Notes: a model not told the origin generated them from the letters alone. Positions 27,852 to 36,395 are shown, numbered from the stretch's first letter. The stretch: DNA of 64,000 nt from Bacillota bacterium (GCA_023428025.1 JAEYZN010000031.1:8948-72947), one strand, 5' to 3'. Made by a program: numbers and translations.

Positions 27852-27892
27852 GAACACGCATGCGTGGAAACACGTCATGCGTGTTCTTTTAT
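27852..27892 (+). terminator. intrinsic terminator after the isomerase genes
   Basis: gaacacgcatg (27852-27862) / catgcgtgttc (27876-27886) with an inner cgtg-gaaa-cacg, followed by ttttatt. Confidence 0.75.
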
Positions 27893-27981
27893 TGCAAAAA
27901 AGTAAACATTCTACTCAAAATATAATAAAGACTTTGGGTCGCGCCAAATCTATAATCAAAAAATAAGTGATCAAGAATCAC
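27892..27981 (+). promoter_or_regulatory. candidate activator-dependent promoter P2 (upstream of the island ABC importer)
   Basis: GCAAAA at 27894 and TCAAAA at 27915 (21 bp apart), TAAAGACTT at 27926-27934, TATAAT at 27951-27956 and palindrome GTGATcaagaATCAC at 27967-27981. Offsets are identical to P1 (repeat to TATAAT = 57 nt in both). Confidence 0.55.
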
Positions 27982-27999
27982 AATTAAAGGAGGAAATCA

Positions 28000-29037
28000 A
28001 TGAAGAAACTAATGGAAATTGCCATTGCGGTGTTGCTGGTCTTAGTGGTTGTGATTGGTTGCTCGGCTCCGGCTGAGAAGTCCGCTGCTTCAGAACCGGC
28101 AACGGAAAATGTGCAACCGGCCGAAGCTCCTGCCGAACAGCCAAACGAGCAATCTTCCGAAGAACCTGTAGGCAATGATAAGCCGGTTATCGGCATTTCT
28201 GTTTCCGGATTTGCGGCTCCGTATTTCAAAGCTTTGATAGCTGCAGCAGAAATGGAAGCCGAAGCGCAGGGGGTTGAATTAAAAGTGCTTGACGCCGAAT
28301 GGGATTCGCAAAAACAGGCAACTCAGGTTGAGAGCCTTATTGCTGCAGGATGTGACGTCATTGAAATCATTCCGTGCGACTCCACTGCGATTATTCCGAC
28401 AATGGAAAAAGTCAATGCGGCAGGTATCCCTCTGGTTGTGGTAAACACCCAGCATGACCCGGCATCCGAAGACCTTATTGTCACATTCGTTGGCGCGAGC
28501 ATGGAAGATGAAGCTGCGATGGCTGCGGAAGCGGTAAAAGAGATTCTTGGCGCTGAAGGCGGCAAGGTTGTGATCGTTGAAGGCGCAGCCGGTTCATTTC
28601 CTGCAATCCATAGAACAAGCGGGTTCTTGGCAGCCATTGAAGGCGCAAACATTGAAGTGCTTGCGAACCAGAATGCTGGCTGGGACAGAGCGACGGCTAT
28701 GGCGGTAATGGAAGACTTCCTGACGGCGTATCCCGATATCGATGCACTGTACGCGCATGACGACAACATGGTCATCGGTTGCATTCAGGCGATCAAAGAT
28801 GCCGGCAGAGAAGATGAGATTAAGGTCGTCTCGATCAGCGGAACAATTGAAGGCTATGATGCAATCCGTAACGGTGAATTGTACAGCACCGTCTCGCAAC
28901 CGCCGGATTGGGAAGGCATGATGGCTGTCCAGGTCGCGGTTGGCATTTTGAACGGCGAAGAATACCCCAAATGGGTAAAAACACCGATCGCTCAGGTTAC
29001 AGCGGAAAACGTTGACAAATTCAAAGGCGTTTGGTAA
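28000..29037 (+). CDS. ABC sugar transporter substrate-binding lipoprotein (SBP-1)
   Basis: 345 aa. Lipobox VVIGC/SAP with an acidic/Pro linker. GFAAPYF, DALYAHDD and STVSQPPDWEG blocks are shared with the protein at 33780. Confidence 0.8.
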   Translation: MKKLMEIAIAVLLVLVVVIGCSAPAEKSAASEPATENVQPAEAPAEQPNEQSSEEPVGNDKPVIGISVSGFAAPYFKALIAAAEMEAEAQGVELKVLDAEWDSQKQATQVESLIAAGCDVIEIIPCDSTAIIPTMEKVNAAGIPLVVVNTQHDPASEDLIVTFVGASMEDEAAMAAEAVKEILGAEGGKVVIVEGAAGSFPAIHRTSGFLAAIEGANIEVLANQNAGWDRATAMAVMEDFLTAYPDIDALYAHDDNMVIGCIQAIKDAGREDEIKVVSISGTIEGYDAIRNGELYSTVSQPPDWEGMMAVQVAVGILNGEEYPKWVKTPIAQVTAENVDKFKGVW

Positions 29038-29157
29038 AGGGTTATGGTTGGGTAAACGCGGAAACGCGTATACCCAACTCTTTTTCAATGTATTGTTAAG
29101 GTGAAATTAATAAAGTTAATTATTATTTGAGCGACATATTGCAGGTGGGAAATAGTG

Positions 29158-30648
29158 ATGAAACAAAATATGATACTTGAATTAAAGAATGTAAGCAAGA
29201 GTTTTCCCGGGGTTAAAGCGCTGGATGATGTTTCATTTGAACTGATGAAAGGTGAGGTTCATGCTTTATGCGGTGAAAACGGCGCCGGTAAATCCACTCT
29301 CATGAAGATCCTGTATGGGGTTTATCATCTGGATTCAGGACAGATATGGATCAAGGGCGAAAAAAAAGATATTGAGTCTCCGCTGGTGGCACAAGCCAAC
29401 GGCTTAAGCATAATATTTCAGGAGTTCAATCTGGTGGAAACACTGTCAGTTGCTGAGAACATATATCTTGGCCGATTGAGAGTGCAGAAGGGAAAAGTGG
29501 GCTGGAAAACGATCCACGCGAATGCAAAGGAGTTACTCTCCCATATTGGATGTGATATTAATACTAGACTGCTAATAAGCGAACTGAGCATTTCGCAGAA
29601 GCAAATGGTGGAGATTGCCAAAGCGCTATCATATAACGCCGAGGTAATCGTGATGGACGAACCTTCCGCGACGTTGACGGAAAAGGAAGTTGAAAATCTT
29701 TATAAAATCGTCGCGGAGCTCAAAACGAAGGGAATCAGCGTTATCTATATATCTCACAAGCTTGAAGAGGTCTTTGATATCTCCGACAGGGTATCAGTGC
29801 TCAGAGACGGAAAGCTGGTCTGCACAGATGAGACAAAGAATCTTGATAAACAGAAAATCATTGGCCACATGGTGGGGCGTTCGTTTGATCAAGAATTCCC
29901 ATCCAGGGGGAGCTGCTGCGGTGAAGAAGTATTGCGTGCTGAAAATATTGTGCGCAGAGGTGTTCTTAAAAACATCAGTATTAATCTAAACAAGGGGGAA
30001 GTACTTGGTTTGGCAGGTTTGGTTGGTGCTGGCCGAACGGAATTGGTGCGTGCAATTTTTGGTGCTGACAAGTTTCGGAGTGGTACCATTATGATACATG
30101 GCAGGAAAGTAGCAATACGAAAACCAATTGACGCAATAAAAAACAAAATTGCGCTTGTGACAGAAGATAGAAAGGACCAAGGCTTGATACTTAAATTTCC
30201 AATCAAGCTAAACATTACGATTACTGATCTGAAGAGGATAGTTAATTTTGGGCTGATTAACAAAAGAAAAGAAGTTGCTTTTGCAAACGAATATGCGAAG
30301 AAACTGTCAGTGAAGACACCAAGCATCAACCATAAATGCATAAATCTATCTGGCGGGAATCAGCAAAAAGTGGTTCTGGCAAAGTGGCTATTTGCAAACG
30401 CAGATATATTGATACTGGATGAACCGACGAGAGGTATTGATGTTGGCGCAAAACACGAGATCTATTTGATTATCAATGAATTGGTACGACAAGGAAAATC
30501 TGTAATACTAATATCTTCAGAACTTCCAGAGGTACTGGCGATGAGTGACAGGATCGTTGTATTGCATGAGGGCGAAGTAAAAGGAGAGTTTGACAATCGA
30601 GAAAGACAAGTGGTTGCCGAGCAGATAATGCTCTGCGCAATTGGGTGA
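29158..30648 (+). CDS. sugar ABC transporter ATP-binding protein (duplicated NBD)
   Basis: GENGAGKSTLMK, VIVMDEPSATL, LSGGNQQKVVLAKWL and LILDEPTRGIDVGAK. Confidence 0.9.
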   Translation: MKQNMILELKNVSKSFPGVKALDDVSFELMKGEVHALCGENGAGKSTLMKILYGVYHLDSGQIWIKGEKKDIESPLVAQANGLSIIFQEFNLVETLSVAENIYLGRLRVQKGKVGWKTIHANAKELLSHIGCDINTRLLISELSISQKQMVEIAKALSYNAEVIVMDEPSATLTEKEVENLYKIVAELKTKGISVIYISHKLEEVFDISDRVSVLRDGKLVCTDETKNLDKQKIIGHMVGRSFDQEFPSRGSCCGEEVLRAENIVRRGVLKNISINLNKGEVLGLAGLVGAGRTELVRAIFGADKFRSGTIMIHGRKVAIRKPIDAIKNKIALVTEDRKDQGLILKFPIKLNITITDLKRIVNFGLINKRKEVAFANEYAKKLSVKTPSINHKCINLSGGNQQKVVLAKWLFANADILILDEPTRGIDVGAKHEIYLIINELVRQGKSVILISSELPEVLAMSDRIVVLHEGEVKGEFDNRERQVVAEQIMLCAIG

Positions 30649-31649
30649 TTCGGAATTGTATGAGAGGTAAAGTTATGCAAACTATAGGGAATTTAAAAAG
30701 GCTTCCAGCTATTGTCGGCTTCTTATCAAGGATCAAAATGCTTATCGCACTAATGGTGCTCATCATTATATCTTCGTTTATATCCGATGTGTTTATGAGC
30801 ACTAACAATATTTTCAACATACTGCGTCAGGTATCCATGAACGGGATACTAGCTTGTGGAATGACGTTTGTTATGCTGACGGGTGGTTTCGATCTGTCTG
30901 TTGGTTCCATTATTTCTGTATCTGCAGTTGTTGCTATCGGCCTGCAAAGTAGCATGGGTGTTGCAGGAGCAATTATCGTGGCATTGCTTATTGGTATTAT
31001 TGCGGGAAGCATTAATGGAATTATTCTTTCAAAAATCAATGCAAACTCTGGAGATGCGTTTATGATTACGCTCGGATCGCAACTGGTTTTTGCGGGGATT
31101 GCGCTGCTGTATACAGATGCGCGTGTTTTACCTGGCAGTTCTGATCCTTTTTATGAATTTATCGGTCAGGGAAGGGTGTTGGCTGGTATTCCCATGCCGG
31201 TTTTCATCTTTTTAGCCATTGCGATCATCGGACAATTTGTCCTGTCTTTTACCGGCTTTGGGAGAAAAGTATATCTGCTGGGCGGCAACTATGAGGCGGC
31301 GCGTTTATCTGGAATTAAGGTTGGTTTTTATAAGGCTTCTGTTTATATGATTGTGGGTTTTTGCGCAGCGATTGCCGGAATCATACTCAGTTCACGCACA
31401 AGAGGCGGATCACCACTTGCGGGTGTCGGATATGAGATGGACGCAATCGCAGCCGTGGTTGTCGGCGGTATCAGTATGAAAGGCGGAGAAGGCAGCATTC
31501 TCAAAACGTTGGTTGGCGTCTTTATCATCGGTGTGCTGAGCAACATTCTTAACTTAATAGGCCTATCATCATTTAACCAGATGATCGTAAAAGGATTTGT
31601 CATCGTCGCTGCGGTTTGGTTGGACAGTCGAAAAAAGCCGAGCAAATGA
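30645..31649 (+). CDS. sugar ABC transporter permease 1
   Basis: Multi-TM with the GGNYEAARLSGIKV block. The start is uncertain: GTG 30645 (overlapping the upstream stop), ATG 30660 or ATG 30675. Confidence 0.8.
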   Translation: MIRNCMRGKVMQTIGNLKRLPAIVGFLSRIKMLIALMVLIIISSFISDVFMSTNNIFNILRQVSMNGILACGMTFVMLTGGFDLSVGSIISVSAVVAIGLQSSMGVAGAIIVALLIGIIAGSINGIILSKINANSGDAFMITLGSQLVFAGIALLYTDARVLPGSSDPFYEFIGQGRVLAGIPMPVFIFLAIAIIGQFVLSFTGFGRKVYLLGGNYEAARLSGIKVGFYKASVYMIVGFCAAIAGIILSSRTRGGSPLAGVGYEMDAIAAVVVGGISMKGGEGSILKTLVGVFIIGVLSNILNLIGLSSFNQMIVKGFVIVAAVWLDSRKKPSK

Positions 31650-32611
31650 GGTTAAGGAAAATGGAAACCACTTTAAAAAGACTGAGTAAAAAACTGTTCA
31701 AAGAAAAGATTCTGGTAGCGGGTATCGGGTTTTTTATCGCGGTAGCAATCGTCAACCCACCTTTTCTGACAATTGAAAACTTATCCAACCTGACAATTCA
31801 AATATCATTATATGGAATTGCGGCAATCGGGATGACATTTGCGATTATCGGTGGAGAGTTTGATTTGTCGATCGGATCTATGATATCTTTGTGCGGTGTA
31901 TTGGTAGCGGTTTTCTATCCGATTTTTGGGCTGGGCCTGTCATTGATCATCGCTGTTATTTCTGGAATTTTGCTAGGAGTTATCAATGGTTTGCTGGTTG
32001 CAAAGGCTAATATCAATGCATTTATCGTAACGTTTGGTGGAATGATTACATATAAAGGGCTTGCGCTGACGTTTGCAGATGGCAGGCCGGTAATTTGTCA
32101 AAGTGAAGCGTTGAATTATTTTGGAGATATGCGCGCGGGTGGCATCCCGATTATGTTTCTAATTTTCCTTGTGTTGCTGGCTATTAGTGTTTATTTACTA
32201 GGGTATACGCGTTTTGGCCGCAATGTTTATGCGGTTGGCGGAAATATTGACGTAGCCGCGGCAACTGGGCTGAATACCTGGATTTACAAATTCGCCATAT
32301 TTGCGATTAACGGTCTGGCGGCGGCGGTTATCGGCATATTAATGACGGCGCGACTCAACACAGGTTCTCCGGTTATGGGAGATGATATCACACTGACCGT
32401 TATCGCAAGCGTTGTTTTGGGTGGAACAAGCCTGTCAGGAGGCAAAGGTAATACATTCCGGACGTTGCTTGGTGTGGTTGTGATGATGATGCTGGCCAAT
32501 GCGTTTGACCTGCTCGTGATCCAGCCATATATTCAAAAGGTTATCAAAGGGCTTATCATTATCGCTGTTGTGGCTTTCGACAGCTATAATAAGAAAAAGC
32601 TGATTGTTTAG
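31646..32611 (+). CDS. sugar ABC transporter permease 2
   Basis: Multi-TM with the GGNIDVAAATGLN block. ATG 31646 overlaps the upstream stop (ATGA); the alternative start is ATG 31661. Confidence 0.8.
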   Translation: MRLRKMETTLKRLSKKLFKEKILVAGIGFFIAVAIVNPPFLTIENLSNLTIQISLYGIAAIGMTFAIIGGEFDLSIGSMISLCGVLVAVFYPIFGLGLSLIIAVISGILLGVINGLLVAKANINAFIVTFGGMITYKGLALTFADGRPVICQSEALNYFGDMRAGGIPIMFLIFLVLLAISVYLLGYTRFGRNVYAVGGNIDVAAATGLNTWIYKFAIFAINGLAAAVIGILMTARLNTGSPVMGDDITLTVIASVVLGGTSLSGGKGNTFRTLLGVVVMMMLANAFDLLVIQPYIQKVIKGLIIIAVVAFDSYNKKKLIV

Positions 32612-32763
32612 AATTTTCCGCAGTAAATGATATTTCTCACAAAACGTAGCGGTGAACTTTAGGGTCTCATCGCTACACACTTATATAATGAATGACTTTT
32701 TAAAATGAGGGATCCTTGGCCTGTGGCGTATATGCAAAAAAAATATGGGATAGCAGGTATAAA

Positions 32764-33768
32764 ATGAGACAACTGGCATTTTACTTCTTTTTAATATTGG
32801 GGTTGCTGGTTTCTTTGGCAGGATGCGCGCCGCTGGATAATAGAGATGCAACCGAAAAAAAAATTGAAGAGACGACCATATCGAGTGAATCTGTGGTGGA
32901 ATACGTGGAGATATGCAGCACAATCACTATTGGCGTTGCCTTGCTGGATGAGGAAAATTTATTCATTTCGCAACTCAAAAAGGCAATGAGCCAAACTGCG
33001 GATGACGTAGGAGTGGTTCTGATATTCAAGAATGGCAAGAATAATCCGCAAAAGCAGGTGAAGCATGTGGAGGAATTTATTTCGCAGATGGTCGATATTA
33101 TAATCCTCAACGCAGCCTCTTATTCTGACTGCGCTCCTGCGGTTGATTTAGCCGTACAAAAGGGTATTCCCATCGTGACGGTGAACACCAAAGTGGAAAA
33201 TCAATATAAGTGTGAGTCTTTTATCGGCTCTGATGCTGTTCAATCGGGGCGTTTACAACTGCAAAGTGTAGCAAATGTTTTTGACGGAAAGTGCAGCTTT
33301 TTATACTTAAAAGGTCCGATTGGCCATGAAGCGGAGCTTGGAAGAAAAATCGGGATGAATGAGATTTTATCGCAGTTCCCCGATATGCATTTGATTTATG
33401 AACAGTCTGCAAACTGGAGCATGTCGGAAGCGTATATTATTACTAAAAACAGCCTCGCGACGTATGATAAAATTGACGCTGTTGTAGCGCAAAATGATGA
33501 AATGGCGCTCGGAGCCCTACAGGCAATCAATGACGCCGGTAAGTCAGGGCAAATCAAAGTGTTCGGTATTGATGCGATACCGGAAGCTCTGCAAGCTATC
33601 AAGGAGGGGGAGATGGAATCCACCGTTCTTCAAAACGCAGATATACAGGGGAAAGAGGCCATATTGGCAGCGAAAAGCATAGCGTTGGGTAAAAAAGTTA
33701 AAAAAGAAATAATGATTTCCTATAAGCTTATAGATAAAGAAAACATTAATTTTTATTTAAGTGAGTGA
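32764..33768 (+). CDS. sugar-binding lipoprotein (SBP-2, distinct from SBP-1/3)
   Basis: MRQLAFYFFLILGLLVSLAGC/AP lipobox. Type-I PBP body with VVAQNDEMALGA and KVFGIDA blocks. Confidence 0.75.
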   Translation: MRQLAFYFFLILGLLVSLAGCAPLDNRDATEKKIEETTISSESVVEYVEICSTITIGVALLDEENLFISQLKKAMSQTADDVGVVLIFKNGKNNPQKQVKHVEEFISQMVDIIILNAASYSDCAPAVDLAVQKGIPIVTVNTKVENQYKCESFIGSDAVQSGRLQLQSVANVFDGKCSFLYLKGPIGHEAELGRKIGMNEILSQFPDMHLIYEQSANWSMSEAYIITKNSLATYDKIDAVVAQNDEMALGALQAINDAGKSGQIKVFGIDAIPEALQAIKEGEMESTVLQNADIQGKEAILAAKSIALGKKVKKEIMISYKLIDKENINFYLSE

Positions 33769-33779
33769 TCAAGGTGTTG

Positions 33780-34754
33780 ATGAAACGTATTTTGTTTTTT
33801 GTTATTACTTGTATGATTTTATTAAGCGGATATGGCTGCAAACAGAGTATTACTGAAAACCAAACTGACCCTTATGTTGCAAGACGCATTCAGTCAGGTA
33901 AAAGCATTGGATTTTCGGTGGCGGGTTTTGCAGCGCCATATTTTAGCGTATTGATAGACTATGCAAAGCTTGAAGCCTTAGAAAATGATGTATATCTTTA
34001 TGTGAAGGATGCGAAGTGGAATACCGTTCAGCAATCAGCGGATATTGATGAGTTTATCGGTCTTGGCGTTGATGCCATTTGTGTGATACCAATTGATTCC
34101 AAGCAAATCATACCTTCTTTTGAGAAAGTAAAAAAGGCAGATATACCGCTTATTGATGTTAACGTACAGCACGATCCGCAGGCAGAGGGCTTGATTGACT
34201 GCTTTGTCGGTGCCAGCATGACCAAGCAAGCCGCAATGGCGGCTGAGTCGTTAATGGGGCTGATGAAAGAAGATGATACAAACATAATTATGCTGGAAGG
34301 GGCGGCAGGGAATTTTGCTACAATTGGAAGAGCAAAGGGATTTGAAGAGATGATTGCCGGAACCAGATTTAAAATAATCGGCCGCGCATACACAGGCTGG
34401 GAAAAAGATAAAGCGGAAGAAATAATGAAAGAAATGCTTGAAAAATATGATGATATCGATGCGCTGTATGCGCATGACGATGATATTGCAATAGGAGCAA
34501 TACAGGCGATAAAGGCTTCCGGACGGGCAGGAGAGTTCCCGATAGTTTCCATATCAGGGAATATTGACGGCTATGAAGCGATTAAACGAGGCGAGATATT
34601 AAGCACCGTATCGCAGCCTCCGGATTGGGAAGGAATAATGGCAATACGTGTGGCAATTGATCTGATGGAGGGGAGAGAAGTAAAAAAGTGGATTGAAACC
34701 CCTGTTGCGCTGGTTACAAAAGAGAATGTATCGGAGTATAAGGGACTCTGGTAA
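33780..34754 (+). CDS. sugar-binding lipoprotein (SBP-3, paralogue of SBP-1)
   Basis: MKRILFFVITCMILLSGYGC/KQ lipobox. GFAAPYF, DALYAHDDD, STVSQPPDWEG and a ...KGLW C-terminus are colinear with the protein at 28000-29037. Confidence 0.8.
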   Translation: MKRILFFVITCMILLSGYGCKQSITENQTDPYVARRIQSGKSIGFSVAGFAAPYFSVLIDYAKLEALENDVYLYVKDAKWNTVQQSADIDEFIGLGVDAICVIPIDSKQIIPSFEKVKKADIPLIDVNVQHDPQAEGLIDCFVGASMTKQAAMAAESLMGLMKEDDTNIIMLEGAAGNFATIGRAKGFEEMIAGTRFKIIGRAYTGWEKDKAEEIMKEMLEKYDDIDALYAHDDDIAIGAIQAIKASGRAGEFPIVSISGNIDGYEAIKRGEILSTVSQPPDWEGIMAIRVAIDLMEGREVKKWIETPVALVTKENVSEYKGLW

Positions 34755-34825
34755 GCGTTTAATAAGCAAAGAGAAGGTCAAACAGGTGCCTATCAAAAAG
34801 TTACACAAGATAGATAAAAAATGAT

Positions 34826-34852
34826 AAAGAGCTGGCAGCTCTTTTTATTTTA
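34826..34852 (+). terminator. intrinsic terminator after the ABC/SBP genes
   Basis: aaagagc-tggca-gctcttt followed by ttattttat. Confidence 0.6.
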
Positions 34853-34971
34853 TATTGAAAAACAGTATCGAATTGGTACAGTTCGATAAAATACATCGGG
34901 CATTCCTTAGATACCTACATTTATGACAGGCCGGAATTAGAATAAACTTAAAAAAGGATTGTAAAATAGAA

Positions 34972-35822
34972 ATGATAGCGCGAAATGAACAGCTTGGCCT
35001 TTATGAAAAAGCAATTCCATACGAAACAGATTGGAAAACAAAACTGGTCTCGGCAAAAGAAGCGGGCTTTGACTTTTTCGAAATCAGCATTGATGAGTCG
35101 AAAGAGCGGATGCTAAGGCTCGACTGGGATATGAGCCAAAGAAAAGAGTTGGTCAATGCAAGCCTTAAAGCCGGACTTCAGATCCGCACAATGTGCTTAA
35201 GCGGACACCGCAAGTATCCGCTTGGCAGCGGGAAAAAGGAAATAGAAAATAAATCGCTTGAGATTATGAAAAAAGCCATTGATTTAGCAGCTTTCATTGG
35301 CGTGCGTATTATCCAAATAGCAGGATACGATGTTTATTATGATGAGCAGTCTTGCCCTGAGACGAGAGAACGTTTCGCATTGAATTTGGAAAAAAGTGTG
35401 GAGATGGCGTCGCGCGTGGGTATTATCTTGGCGCTGGAAACAATGGAAAACGACTTTATGAATACGGTGAAGAAAGCAATGAAGTTTGTGAGCATGATTA
35501 ATTCTCCGTATTTAAAGATTTATCCCGATTCGGGCAATATTGCGAACGCTGTGCGTGATGTTCGAACTGACATTATGTATGGAGATGGACATATTGTCGC
35601 CGCGCACTTGAAAGAAACAAACCCCGGCGTATTTCGCGAAGTGCCGTATGGAATGGACATGTGGATTTTGTTGAAGCGATAAAAGCATATAAAAAGGTTG
35701 GAGTCAATATGTTTCTTGCGGAGTTTTGGTGCGTAAATGGAAGTAATTGGAGGAAGATATTAAAGCAATACAATCAGTTTTTGAGGAACAAAATAGAACT
35801 AGCAAATAGATCTGAGAATTGA
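34972..35822 (+). pseudogene. sgbU: L-xylulose-5-phosphate / L-ribulose-5-phosphate 3-epimerase (UlaE/SgbU type) with a 1-nt frameshift
   Basis: LGLYEKA.P, GFDF.E.S.DE..ER..RLDW, MCLS.HR..PLGS, IQ.AGYDVYY and YPD.GN are colinear with E. coli UlaE. Frame 1 stops at 35682 (VPYGMDMWILLKR*). The next frame continues as NGHVDFVEAIKAYKKVGVNMFLAEFW... to 35822. The junction is at 35650-35655 (ggaatgga where ggaaatgga is expected). Confidence 0.75.
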
Positions 35823-35835
35823 GACTAAAAACGCC

Positions 35836-36218
35836 TTGATATTCCTGCTTGAACAGATGGTGAACAGCAATGTCTCTGAGGTGATGTTTAAGAAAGCAGG
35901 AGGAGCTTGCCGGTCAACGTATCGCGCTGAAAGCCGAACTGAATGAAATCAGGGACGACACCAGATACATCAAGGATATGGTTGTAAGTTCAAGGTCAGA
36001 AATTACATTGAATCGCTCGACAGGGAAACGGCGGTTGAACTGATTGACCATATCAAGGTGTTTAAAAAGGAAAAGGCGGCTGAGGGCGGCTATGTTCAAA
36101 GAGTCGATATATACTTCGACTTCATCGGCAAATCAATTATTTGGACTTCGATAATTTCAAGGACTATCTGAAAGACAAGATATCCAAAGACCCGGCAACA
36201 AGCCAAAAAGCCGGATAA
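35836..36218 (+). pseudogene. large serine recombinase, C-terminal (DUF4368-like) fragments in three frames
   Basis: EELAGQRIALKAELNEIRDDTRYIKDM (coiled coil), then NYIESLDRETAVELIDHIKVFKKEKAAEGGYVQRVDIYFDFIGK, then INYLDFDNFKDYLKDKISKDP. This matches the L.RE...LID.I.V....(x)..I.I.Y.F.G tail typical of clostridial large serine recombinases. The N-terminal resolvase domain is absent. Confidence 0.55.
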
Positions 36219-36264
36219 TCCTGCTAAAAGAAAAATCACAAGGCATGAATATACCTTGTGATCA

Positions 36265-36354
36265 TGGCGGAGAGAGTGGGATTCGAACCCACGGTTGCTT
36301 GCGCAACACCGGTTTTCAAGACCGGCACTTTAAACCAGACTCAGACATCTCTCC
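36265..36354 (-). tRNA. tRNA-Ser (anticodon UGA), class II with long variable arm, CCA encoded
   Basis: Hand fold: GGAGAGA/TCTCTCC acceptor, CCGGT-CTTGAAA-ACCGG anticodon arm, GTTGC-GCAA-GCAAC variable arm, GTGGG-TTCGAAT-CCCAC T arm, then GCCA. Caveat: the D stem has only 2 Watson-Crick pairs in my fold (T10/T25 mismatch). Confidence 0.85.
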
Positions 36355-36365
36355 AAAGCATTGTC

Positions 36366-36395
36366 AGTATAGCAAAAGCAAAGCGGATGCGTCAA
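36366..36395 (-). promoter_or_regulatory. sigma-A-type promoter of tRNA-Ser
   Basis: The minus strand reads TTGACG (36395-36390), an 18-nt spacer, then TATACT (36371-36366). The -10 element ends 11 nt before the mature tRNA 5' end. Confidence 0.6.

Larger units (their letters stand above)
13507..36285. mobile_element. degenerate integrated genomic island at tRNA-Ser(UGA), about 22.8 kb, with a sugar-catabolism cargo
   Basis: Bounded by the 21-nt direct repeat of the tRNA 3' end. G+C is lower and heterogeneous: spot counts give 13/60 at 15241-15300 versus 42/60 at 12001-12060 outside the island. Recombinase, IS110 and helicase fragments sit at the two ends. No intact mobility gene is present. 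Confidence 0.7.
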
